Below are positions 1 through 39,200 of a DNA stretch of 64,000 nucleotides, in pieces. Position 1 is the first letter of the stretch. Each line of letters starts with the position of its first letter. The position numbers were made by a program, and so were the translations under genes. The notes beneath the pieces were generated by a model, which was not told where the DNA came from, did not search any database, and worked only from the letters and a program-made list of their open reading frames with translations. Origin of the DNA: the human T2T-CHM13v2.0 reference genome, Homo sapiens. The stretch is from the NCBI RefSeq assembly GCF_009914755.1, contig NC_060925.1; one strand, written 5' to 3'.

Positions 1-16
1 TCAAAGAATCATGTAG

Positions 17-332
<316 letters not shown>

Positions 333-384
333 TCATGCAAACTTATATGAGGTAGTAGTGGGAAAAAGGCACAAGTTTTATAAT

Positions 385-585
385 TATATAGACTTGGACT
401 TAAATCCATGTTTTACTATGCCTGGAATGCAATCTTGGGCAAGTTACTTAACCCCTCTGTGCCTCAGTCTTCTCATCTGTAAAATGGGATAGTAATAGTT
501 CCTACTACATGATGTTGTTGTAAGGATTATGTGGGTTAATGAATATAAACCAGTTGGCACATGTAAGTTGTTAGTAAACGTGACT
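385..585 (+). mobile_element. MIR
   Basis: Core gggcaagttacttaacccctctgtgcctcagt..ctcatctgtaaaatggg. Confidence 0.8.
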
Positions 586-617
586 TCCTTTTTCTACCAC
601 TATAAAGATTTCCATGG

Positions 618-945
618 TAGTCCAGTTTCTGCTGCAATAATGCTGCATAACAAACACCTCCAAAATTTCAATGGCTTCCAATAAGCATTCACTTCCTTGG
701 TCATAGGTCCGATAGTTGGCTGGGGTGGCTCTATTTCAGGCTGCTTGTGAGGTTCAGGTCGACTTCATGTGTCTTTCTGGGATCAGATTGAAGGGGCAGT
801 GGCTACATGGAGCAAGATCATTTAAAACCTCTGCTCTTAACACATTTGCTTTCATTCCATTGGCCAAGCCCAAAGTCAGTGGAGCAAGAAGGTGCAGGAA
901 AAAGGAAATGGCTATTTGCTGAGTAGTAATCTAATTTGTCACAAC
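618..945. mobile_element. Old MLT1-type MaLR LTR fragment
   Basis: gctgcataacaaacacctccaaaatttcaatggctt motif. Confidence 0.55.
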
Positions 946-1080
946 CGAGAGTTTAATATTTATAAATTTCTGAATTATATATCAACAAAGAGAATGAGAA
1001 AACCTAGATCAAGTGTCCATAACTATTATCTTCCTAATATTTTAGGGGAAAAAAATCAATCAATCCAGTATTCAATTTTT

Positions 1081-1390
<310 letters not shown>

Positions 1391-2075
1391 TCAGTTTTAA
1401 GGATGCTTTTTATATATTGCCAAGTATTACAGAATTTCGCTTTCTTTTTAATGACTATAAATCTAAAAATTTAAAAATGAAACACTATGTTATTTATAGT
1501 GTTTTATTATGTTACTTTATATAAATTTTAATAATATATAAATGTTCTAAATAGGTTTTATTTTTATTGTGTTATATACTATATAAATAGTTCTCTAAGC
1601 AGTTACTGAGAGCCTAGCACAGATATGTTCTAGGGATTCTGAGGACTAACAAAGTAGGCAGAATAATGTCATGGAAGATGTCCAAAGGCTTGGGCTCTGG
1701 TCCTAGCCCGCCAATGGGTCTGTGGGCTGCCAATGGCTCATGCACATTCATACTTTCCCTCTCTAGGGAAAAGTGGCCAGGTGATCTGTCTGGCCCCAGA
1801 TGTTTTGTTTTTGGACAGAGGATACAGTGCCTGCTTTCAGAAGAAATGGGAATACCCAAAATACAGAGGAAGGAATGTATATGTTGTCCTATCTCTACCA
1901 AAACTCAGCACAGGGAAGTGGTTCTGTATACAGGTGCAAAGGCCAGACTGCCTAAGTCTGAATCCTGGCTCTGCCACTTACCTTGGGCACCTTAGGTAAC
2001 CCCTCTGAAATCTGTAAAATGATGATTTAAAATTGTACCTACTTCATAGAGCTTTTGTCAGAATTAAACAAATTA

Positions 2076-2436
<361 letters not shown>

Positions 2437-4141
2437 TTACAGCAGTGTTATTCATTACCTTTGTTAAACAGTTTAAAAGTTTGAGCTATTATCTTGCTCC
2501 TTAAAGAATCACTAAATGATTTCTGATCTACAATAGCTCCTTTTCATTTGTCAGAGAAACTGTGTCTATTAACTAGTAAGAAAGGAATTCTAAGTCTATT
2601 GTCTTAGAAGTAATTTAATCATTAGCTTCTCCAGTAGCTTTAAATTGTGGATAATAACCAGAGACTATTTAAGAGAGTGCAATTACTTCAACCTTCATCA
2701 GTCCATTGCAGCTCCATCTAACCATATATTTTTGTTTTTCCCTAACTATTAGTGTTAGTAAAAAAACTAATCAAAAAGAGTATCAGTCATCCTCATTTAG
2801 TTTGGTTCATTGCTTTATGGTCTTACCTTCTTTGATCTTTGATTGTTTCTTTACTCACCTTCTACTTTCATTGACTACATTATTTTAAAAATAATTATAT
2901 TGTTATTTTCATTTCATATTGTTAAAAGCATAGGAACTGGTCCCCTAAATACTTAACTGATGATTATTTGCTATTATTAACAGTTTTATGAAATTCACAG
3001 TTTCATTTTCATAATTACCATTTTACTATTTAGCATACTTATTTTAAATGAAATAATAAAATAGTGCTCCTCCAACAAAGCATAAAACTTTATGGTAACT
3101 GGCTACTTTGTTGCTCTTTCAACCAAATAAAAATTTTTATATTTATTTATGAGATTTTGCTTCCTTTTGTGAAATAAAGACCTAATGAGCACAAAAATGA
3201 AGTCTTGATGCTCATGAAATCGTGATAAATATCATCACTTTTTCCCTTACTTATTGCCAAATGTCTGCCCTTCCATGCACACCCACACTCACCACCAACT
3301 ACAGGGACTCACCAGTGTTCTGTGCTATGTTCAGCAGGCCAGGATGCACTATGAATATAAATGGTGAGGGGATACAGGGCTGTAACCAAGGAGCTCAGAG
3401 AGGCCAGGAGGAAGCCAAGCACCAAATCCTAGCTGTCCTAGCTTCTAGTCATTGCATTGCTGCCAAAGATGCCAAATGCTGTGGGGGGTTAACTACTATC
3501 ACAACATTCACCTCTTTGCATTCTCACAAACACCCCAAAACTTGCAGACACCTCATTGCACAACTCCAGGGGGCACTGTTCACATACTGCCCAGCAGCTC
3601 TGTGAACTTGCTCTCATGTGTCCAACCTTTATCTCTAACTCTAGCCCTACCTCTTCTACCTTCTCCTGGTTAGCTTTTGTAGAGACTAAAAAATTAAATG
3701 CAGTTAATCAGAATACTCTGGTGACTAGCATTTTCTTGAGATTAGAAAAGATGAGAATGAAAGCTCAAGCAAGCTGCAGAGACATGGACTCTGCTTTCAA
3801 AAGCTGTCTGAAACTTTCAGATCTATAAAGAAATTTGACTTTTTGTAAAAGACCTTTGCATATGTTAATCATGGTCACTAAGGATCATAAGGTCTGAATA
3901 TCAGAAGATGTCACCATCATAGCCTATCTACACAAGTCCTATGCAGCAATAATATGGCCTGGATTTTTGGCAATCTACTACATATATAACTGATATGATT
4001 GATTTTAAACCTGTGAAAGACTAATCATATAAATGCACTTATCTATCAGGAAAAACAAATCTTCTGTAAGATTATGTCCATATTTTGGTATTGGAATAAG
4101 TGGTCATTATAGGTATACATCTAACTGATGCAGGTATCTCC

Positions 4142-4888
<747 letters not shown>

Positions 4889-5309
4889 TTAATTAGTTAT
4901 TTGAAAGTACTATGTATCCAAGATTAAAACCATACTCAAAGATTAATCAAGAAAAGCTATGGAAGCTTCAATTACACATACAGGAAATTGAAATCCAGAG
5001 AATCCTACTTTACAGATTTTCTTAAAAGGAAGCATACAGCTCAGTCAGAACCTATTATCTTCAGTACACACTGAATGCTAGGAGAGGATGGCAGGAGAAA
5101 TCTGAGCTATCAGACCTTCTTCACCTTGGAGCCACTACTGATTCCTCAGTTCCTGGATTGATGTGCCCAGGACACCTTTAGTCTGGGTCTTTCTTTAAAC
5201 CTCATATGAATCCTTGAATCATTTACAATGATCTCTCATTTTTAAAAAAAAGTCAGAAATGCATCATCACCCAATACCTCTCCAACAACATTAAGGTAAA
5301 TCATTTTAA

Positions 5310-5614
5310 TTTTCTTTTTCTTTTCTTTTTTTTTTTTTTTTTTGAGCCAGAGTCTTGCTTGGTTGCCCAGGCTGGAGTGCAGTGGTGAGATCTTGGCTCT
5401 GCCTCCTGAGTTCAAGCAATTCTCCTGCCGCAGCCTCCTGAGTAGCTGGGATTACAGGCAGGCGCCACCAGGCCCAGCTGATTTTTGTATTTTTAGTAGA
5501 GACAGGGTTTCACCATGTTGGCCAGGCTGGTCTCGAACTCCTGACATCAGGTGATCCACCTGCCTCGGCCTCCCAAAGTGCTGGGATTACAGGCATGAGC
5601 CACCGCGCCCAGCC
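5310..5614 (-). mobile_element. Alu (S)
   Basis: Poly-T followed by reverse-complement dimer. Confidence 0.93.
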
Positions 5615-5704
5615 AATTATTTAATTTTCTAGAGGTTTGAATGATTTATAATTTTACATGTACTATTTAATATCTATTAATGAAAGTTCAAGTATACAAA
5701 CTAA

Positions 5705-5858
5705 TTTTTCTTTTTCTTTCTCTTTCTTTCTTTCTTTTCTCTCTCTCTCCCTCTATCTCTCCCTTTCTTTCTTTCCTTCCTTCCCTCCCTTCCTCCCTTC
5801 CTTCCTTTCTTCCTTCCTTCCTTCCTTTCTCTCTTTCTCTCTCTTTTTCCTTTTTTTG
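5705..5858. repeat. CT-rich simple repeat (CTTT/CCTT)n, the expanded tail of an Alu fragment at ~5859-6053 (-)
   Basis: Near-pure pyrimidine tract abutting an Alu right arm. Confidence 0.9.
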
Positions 5859-6471
5859 TGATAGGGTCCTGCTCTATCACCCAGGCTGGGGTGCAATTGT
5901 TCAAACAGCTCACTGCAGCCTTGACCTCCTGGGCTCAAGCGATCCTCCCAACCTCAACCTGCTGAGTGGCTAGGACTATAGGTACATTCCACCACACCCA
6001 GCTGATTTTTTAATTTTTTGTAAAGACAGGGTCTCGCTATGTTGCTCAGGCTACAAACTAATTTCTTAACACAATGCTATCTTTCTCCATAAATAAAATT
6101 AAAGTATAACTACTTATACTAAAACACACACACAAACTTCCACACTTTTTCTTCACCCTCAAATCCAAAAGAATTTAAAGGAAATTGAATATTTATTTAT
6201 CCATAAGTAAATGAATATGAAATCTGCTCATTATTTTAAAAGGACATATAGTGAACATCTCCCAGCTGTCTCCTCTCCATAGGCTACCACATTTGCCTTT
6301 TTACTATCCTTCCAAAGATAATTTCTGTGTGTTAGTGTGTATGTAGACGCATACACACACATTTATATAAAATGCTATTTCAATTAGGAATTTTCTGTAT
6401 TTATATTTTTGCATTCATGAAAGTCATAAACTACTTAATTGTGTAAAATGTCATAAAAATCATGACACTTT

Positions 6472-6855
<384 letters not shown>

Positions 6856-7412
6856 CTAACTCTTATGCCATAGCAGCTTTGTCAGTTCTAAAATGCTGCC
6901 CTGGCTTCAGGATTCATTTTACTATTATCTCCTGACTCCCAGCCCTTAAAATTCTCTGTAATTCCAATGTAAATATCACAGGATTCCAAATAGAAAAAAA
7001 AAAGTTAAAAACAGTCCCTCCCTAGTTAAAATCGCCCTTCTCTTAGCAGACTCTTTGCTTTCCTTTAGATATGTTGGATTTTTGAGAACTTGTCAGAGAC
7101 ATATCAGTCCCTGATCGCCAGTAGTTAATTATCTGTACTGTGAATGTGTTCACGGAAGTTCTGGTGAACTATCCAATCCTTCAGTGATGGTATTGGGCGG
7201 AGAAAGCCATGGCAGATGCTGCCACCTGGGGAGCACAGGGAAGAGTTGTAAAATGCACTGAGGAGGAGGGATTCGAACACCAGCCAGAAGAACTCAGATT
7301 TGATGAGGCTGTTAGCCGGGAGCAGTTGAAGGTTTCTGAGTAAGGAAACATCAGAGAAGGACAGCAGGTCCTCGAATAACATCATTTTGCTCAATGCCAT
7401 TTCGTTATAATG

Positions 7413-7688
7413 TTTTGTTTTTTAAACAGATTCTCACTGTTACCCAGGCTGGAGAGAAGCAGCATGATCACAGCTCACTGAAACCTCGGCCTCCCCAGGC
7501 TCAGGCGAGTAGCTAGGACCATAGGCACATGCCACCAGGGCTGGCTAATTTTTGCATTTTTTTTTTTTGTAGAGAAGAGGGTCTCACTATGTTGCCCAGG
7601 CTGTTCTCAAACTCCTGGGCTCAAGCGATCTGTCCACCTCGGCCTCCCAAAGTGCTGGGATTATAGGCTTGTGCCACCATGCCTGGCC
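7413..7688 (-). mobile_element. Alu (J) inside MER6
   Basis: TSD cgttataatgtt. Confidence 0.9.
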
Positions 7689-8058
7689 GCGTTATAATGT
7701 TGATGAGAAAAACATGGATTCCCGGCTGGGGCCACTGTCTGTGTGGAGTTCGTATGTTCTCCCTATGTCGGCATGGGTTATCTTTGGGTGCTGTGGTTTC
7801 CTCCCACATCCCAAAGGTGTGCACGTAAGGTCATTGGCATGTCTACATGGTCCCAATGTGAGTGTGGGTGAGTGGGTGCTCCCTGCATAGGAGTGGAGTG
7901 CGGGTGAGTGAATGCTCCCTGCATGTGAGTGGAGTGTGGGTGAGTGCTCCCTGCGTGGGAGTGGACTGTGGGTGTGAGTGCTCCCTGCGAAGGGATGGTA
8001 GTCTGTCCAGGGTGGGTTCCCACCTGGCCCCCTGGGCTGCTGGGATGAGCTTTCAATG

Positions 8059-8674
<616 letters not shown>

Positions 8675-10273
8675 ATCGAGCTTTCAATGTTTACTATCAG
8701 AAGTGCTTTGGTCTGTATTTAAAAGTTCGGTGATATTTTTGTGACCAGGAATATGCCATGGGAACTTCACTCTTGTTTATATCAATTAACCTGTGGTAGA
8801 ATTGGTTTTGCTATATGTCGTTTCACTTAAAGTCACAGTTTCCAAGAATTTATCAACGACATGAAGTGAGTACTTACTGTAGTGATATTTTACTTGGAAA
8901 ATATTCTCCTCCTGTGGATTCCTGTGGATTAGAGGAATATTGAGGGGAAAGGGCTAATATTTTGAAGTGATGAAGTCTTGGGCTTCAGTACCAGCATGAA
9001 AATGTGGACATTTTGAAAAAATACAGATAGGACTTCGTGACTAAGCAGATATGGAGATTAGGAAGAGAAATGAGTCAGTGATGACAGCAGGGCTTTGACT
9101 GAGCAGGACTGGGGGCGTGGTAGCACCATAGGCAATAGGGAAGTCAGAAAGGAGGAACTAGGCTTTCTGTAGGGAAGATGATAAATTTGGCTTTGGAAAT
9201 GCCGATTTTGAGGCAAAAAGTTCAGTGAAAAGTTGAAGATATATATCTTCAACTATAGCTAGCTAGCTAGCTAGCTAGATAGAAAGGAGCCAGGGCACAA
9301 GCAAAAGGATGGGATTGGAGATTGTATGTGTATATATGTTTTTATCATGTAATATTTCAAATACATCAAATGTAAATCAAATAGTAATGAACTTTCATGG
9401 CCTATCACCTGACTTTAATAATGATAAACTCTTGGCCAAACTTCATCCACAGTCCTCACCTTGTATTATTCTGAAGCAAATTCTAGACATGGAGATAGGG
9501 ATTTAAAAGTATGAAGCACAGAAAATATAGATTTGGGGAAAACCTCAGAGAACCTTAAAGCAAACTTTCTCATTTTACAGTTGAGCAAAGCTAAAGATTA
9601 GAGAAGTAATTAATTTGCCCTATTAAAAAAACAAAACTGGTAGAGCTGTAAACGGAATCCAGTTATTTGCAAACAGCTTTGCCAAGGGGTCTTCTTTCTG
9701 CGATGAAATGAGGAAAGTAAAGCTGATGTGCAAATTTTTCAAAGCTAAAATTTATTTGTAAGTTACTATTTGTAAACATTACAAAAATAAACACTCGTCT
9801 TATGCTTTATTTGTAATTTTGTCCTATATCATCACACGTGCAACACATTATAAAATATAAAATAGGTTCTCACACTAACAGTAGAACAAGAGAACTGTGT
9901 TTACTTAATTATCCATTGGTTGGTTTTCACACTGTGGCCCTAGAGCCTCTGAGGTCATTGTAAGTATGCCTTGGCGGCAACAAAAGAGTCCTATCTGTCC
10001 GGAGTCAGTTTACTGGTGGCTGCCAGGAAAGTCACCTTGGATGACACGTTACCTCTTGTACCATACCTCTGTTTATGGAGTAAACTTCATATTGATTGTG
10101 GTGAGTAGACTGTATAACAAGGCAATAAGAGATGCGTTGATATTAATTCCAGAGAAGGGCACAACCCAAATAATATTCAGCTGCCAGAAGAAAATAGTGT
10201 AGTTTTACTGGAAAATATGACAGGTCGTGGATCCAGCTTAGATTTATTAAATTAATCAGTGAGTCACAGTTTA

Positions 10274-10981
<708 letters not shown>

Positions 10982-12016
10982 TTAGAAATACTAATAGAAT
11001 GGCATTAAAAGTATCTTATAAAGTGGCACTGAATATTCTAGAATCTAAAAGCCACCCCTTAAGGTGTTTGCCATATAAAAGATGTTTGCTTCAATCTGGC
11101 AATAAAGCAACCAATTCAGTATTTTTATAATATAGTTACTGTAAAACAAATGTCTGAGAGTGTATGTGATTATTAGTTTTTTTAGCTAATTAAAAATTTA
11201 AACTGTATGGTAATTCTCACAAAAATCTATTATTTAAAATTTTATAATATAGTACATTAGTGTCCTTTCTGGGGAAGGATGGTCTCTTATTCAGAGAGTA
11301 AGTCCTTCTCTCTTGTTTAGTACTACATGTTTTTTCTTTCATGAACTAATGATAGGTGGTAGCTTTTTAAAAAGAAGATCTTTAATTGGGAAAAAAATAC
11401 TGGCAACACTGGGACCAAATTTTTTTAAAAGTCTAATGTTCTGGTCTCTAAAATACATAATTGAGGAAACCACTGCATTGCTGCACCCCAGACAACAGAA
11501 GAGCAGACATGTGAGATAAGGAAGTTGCCAAAGGAAAGATCTTAAGGAATGAGAAGCAGAAGTCAAGATTCAGAGAGGCAGGAAGAACCAGTAACAGGAG
11601 TCTGAAAATTGTGTGGCGAGAGGGAAGTAAAGGGAAGGGCGCTGATAGCCGGCTTCTCCCCTATTGGGTATTTGACATATGCAACTGCGCTTAACTCTCA
11701 TAATAAGCCTGTGAGTTAGGGGCTCTTTCCTCCACCTCTAACTCATCACCTGGCCTTAAGAAAGTGTGGGTTTCAAGAAGGGTGGCCCACAATGACCGAC
11801 GCAATAAAAAAGTTTAAAGTGAGAGCTGGCAGAACATGTGGTTTAAGAAGGTCAACAGAGACCACGGGAAGATCATGTATGTACAGTGGTGGGAAGAAGC
11901 CAGACTGCCAGCAAATTAAGTAAACCAGTGGGGTTATATTATAGCTAATATTTTTTTGCATTACTACAGTCTCTCAAATAATATTATTTTTGTTAAAATA
12001 ATAGTTTCCTTTCCAG

Positions 12017-12697
<681 letters not shown>

Positions 12698-12992
12698 TTA
12701 ACCAAGCAGAAGGTAAAACAACTGAGAATGAAAGTAGACATTTCATATTTATCTTTCAAAAGTGGTTCTGAAAATTTCTTCCAGTTTCTATCATTTACAT
12801 TTTTCCTAATTCTCATTTATTCAACAGTAATTTAAGTGCCAATGTGCTTGTGGAACTGTGGGGGAACCAAGTAAAACAATCACTGATCCGAGTCAGAGTC
12901 TTTGTGGAGGTTTCTGGTTCTGACAGTAGCTCTGAGGACTGTTTATTTTAAAAAGAAAAAAGAAACTTCATCCAGAAAAGAAAACACTGTCT

Positions 12993-13075
12993 TTTATTTA
13001 ATAATTCATTTTCTGATGTTTTTAATTTATAAGAATTAAGGGAAATAAATACAATATAGTTATATAAATTTTATT
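12993..13075 (-). terminator. DDX59 polyadenylation signals (AATAAA at 13070-13075 and 12993-12998)
   Basis: Two minus-strand AATAAA hexamers 110-195 nt after the stop; the distal one is followed by a GT/T-rich element (GTGTTTTCTTTTC). Confidence 0.7.
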
Positions 13076-13187
13076 AAATTAAAAATATCTTAAAATTTTT
13101 AAAATTCATGTACATTTCCATTTATGCAAACCATAATTTTTTGCTGACTATATACAATAAAAAAAAATATTCAAGTGGCAGAGAAAA

Positions 13188-35671
<22,484 letters not shown>

Positions 35672-35719
35672 TCAATATTCTGTTAAGGAAATTATATAAT
35701 GAGATTTATTGTACCATTA

Positions 35720-36319
<600 letters not shown>

Positions 36320-36944
36320 TGTCCTGGGGTTATGCCTGAAAGGAATAGTGAGGACATCATGACACTCTTTATATCAAGCTTTTCTTCCATTCGCCAGCTT
36401 CCACTGATGAAGAGATGGAGTCCTCTTCCTCACACATAGCAGTGTTGTAACACTGCACACTGCTCAACATAGCCTTGTACACATGGTCTATTTCCGTTTA
36501 CTGATTATTTGCACTTTGAAGTATCAGATATTATAGAAATTCTGGGGTAAATCCTTCTATTATAGCATCAAAAAAGAAAACAGGAGAAATACTTCACAAT
36601 TAGAATCTTTAAAATCAAAGCCACAAATCATAGAGAAAATGCTATTTTCATAAGTAACACTTAGTGTTTATTATATGCCAAGCACAGTGCTTCACCTAAT
36701 CTTCACAACCATGTAAAGCAGTTAGCATTGCCTAATATATATATATACAGATATTTTTTCATTATGCTATACTAGGTATATTACATAGAGTAATATACAC
36801 AAGACTAATATACATAGTATAGCATAATGAAAAAATAATATAGTAATATACATAACATAGCATAATGAAAAAACGTGTGTGTGTGTATAAAACACATTAT
36901 ATACACTCAGAAGAAACTGAGCCACTTAGAAATTAAGTGGTTTG

Positions 36945-37333
<389 letters not shown>

Positions 37334-37342
37334 TCAACCATA

Positions 37343-38057
37343 CGAGGACTAAGCTCTAATTTTTTATCTTACCCAAATTCCTTTCTAAGGGGTCTGGAGA
37401 GTCATGCCCTACAAACCATAAATTCTCATCAGATGGGTTTTATTTAACCCTGTATATCGTGACTTACTTTCCAATCTGACTCTGGCCTAACAAGGAAGAA
37501 AATAAAAATGTTTTACCCCAAAATATATTTCCTTGTCGTACCTTAAAACTCCCCTGCAAAGTCTCTTGCAGGAAAAATCTGCATTTGGTGAGAATTCCCA
37601 TCTCCCCTTGTTTTCCCTCCTTCCTTCCCAGATCCAGGAGATAATCAACTAAGAGCCAGGCACCCTTTTAAGTCCAATATAAAACAATTTACAACCTGCT
37701 CTCTCTAAAGTCTATCTAAGAGCTTCCTCTGCACAATAAAACTTGGTCTCCACAATCCTTTATCTCTAGCCTGAACATTCCTTTTTATGGATCCCAGGTC
37801 TTTAGATAACCTCAACCAGATAACGTTTACATTTACCGATTGAGTTGCCCCGCCTTTCTAAACTAAACCAATGTATTTCTTAAATGTATTTGATGTCTCA
37901 CGCCTTCCTAAAATAGATAAAACCAAGCTGTACCCCAATTTCCTTGGGCACATGTTCTCAGGACCTCCTGAGGACTGTCACTGGCCATGGTCACTTGAAT
38001 CTGGCTCAAAATAAATCTCTTCAAATATTTTTCAGAGTTTGATTCTTTTCATCAACC
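37343..38057 (+). mobile_element. ERV1 MER4-family (MER4D-like) solo LTR
   Basis: Start (t>c)gaggactaagctct, end aataaatctcttcaaatatttttcagagtttgattcttttcatcaac; 4-bp TSD cata. Confidence 0.82.
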
Positions 38058-38274
38058 CATATCTATACCTTTTTACACCAAAAACATGTCTTTGCAAAAT
38101 TACAGTTATTGGGAATAAGGCTTTTAACCTAATCTGGGGACTATCAAATATACTAATAAATATTTTTCTTAAAAAAATTCTTTGTTTAAACTGCCAGATT
38201 CCAACTTCCAGAAAAATTCCAACAGAAATGCAACCGAGGGTCTAGAATTACTATCCTAAATCTCCGAAAATGTA

Positions 38275-39200
38275 CAGGGGGTGGCGGGCGGGGCAGGGAC
38301 GGCTCTAGGTGAGCAGGAAAAAGCTTGGAACTCAGTCTTCCAATGGCGAAAGGGAACGTGCTCCTGCTGGGCGGGACGGCGGACGGCTGGCGGCGGCGCG
38401 GCCTCCAATTCTCGCCAACGCGCCCCGCACCCCCGTGCACTGGCGGGCCCTCCCCTCGGGCATTGCCTCCCACCCACGCCCGGCGGCACCGCACCCCGAG
38501 GCGCTTCACGTCACGGAGCTGCTAGGAGACGGGCGGGGCTCCGGTTCCGGGTAGAGGCCTGGGACACGGGGAACTGTAAGGATGGGAGGAAGGCCGCGCA
38601 GGGGCACCAGTTCTGCCGCCGCGGCCTAGCGCCCCAGGTCCCGGAGGAGGGGCACCAGGGCGGCCAGGGGCCCAAGCTTCCGGGGCACGCTCACCCGCGC
38701 AGGACTGAGGCCGCGTCCGCTCCCGCTCCCGCTCGGGCCGTCTCCCCCTTCCAGGCTCCAGGCCAGGCTTCCGCCCGACAAGCCCTGACCCGCTCGTCAG
38801 GACTGCGGCCCGGGGTTGGTGGTGCGGAGCGGAGCGGAGCGTAGAATCCACTTCCCCGGGTTTTGGGAGGGGGCCGCAGCCCGCTTTCCGGGCGGCGGGG
38901 AGGCGGGGCCACCGCGGGGGCGGAGCTCGGCTGGGAGCCGGCAGTAGCTTGGGAGGGAGGGAGGGAGAAGGAGAGGGGCGGGAAGGCTCCTCGCGTTTTC
39001 CACGCCCCCGCCCAGCTCTGGGCTGGTGGTAAATCTCGGAACTGGTCCGGGCTGGGCGAGTTCTGGACGGAGGGGCACGTTTGGGAATCCTCTTGGAAGA
39101 ATTTACGTAATCGAATGGGCTGGGACTGGTGGAAAAGAGTTGGACCGTCCGGAAAGAAGCAGGAGGGCGGCGCGGGGGCCTGGCACCCTTAGAAAGTGGG
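38275..39200. promoter_or_regulatory. CpG-island promoter of DDX59, probably bidirectional
   Basis: Only CpG-dense, GC-rich block in the window; GC boxes near 38286, 38531, 38917, 38976, 39003; ETS cores near 38677, 38768, 38850; no TATA box seen. Confidence 0.92.
38695..38850 (-). other. DDX59: DDX59 exon 1, non-coding 5' UTR (5' end approximate)
   Basis: Donor CGG|gtgagc (GT at 38693-38694) inside the CpG island; no ATG in the exon; ETS-like GGAAGT near 38850. Confidence 0.75.

Noticed and set aside
3222-3828. Cluster of three overlapping non-Alu ORFs (127, 73, 90 aa)
   Set aside because: Non-ATG starts, no domain, no splice or promoter support; chance ORFs.
5658-5973. Hydrophobic (F/L/S/P) and K/R/E/G-rich ORFs
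   Set aside because: Translations of the CT-rich simple repeat.
7860-7990. CRISPR-like repeat periodicity
   Set aside because: Units are contiguous with no unique spacers, there are no cas genes, and the DNA is primate; it is a minisatellite.
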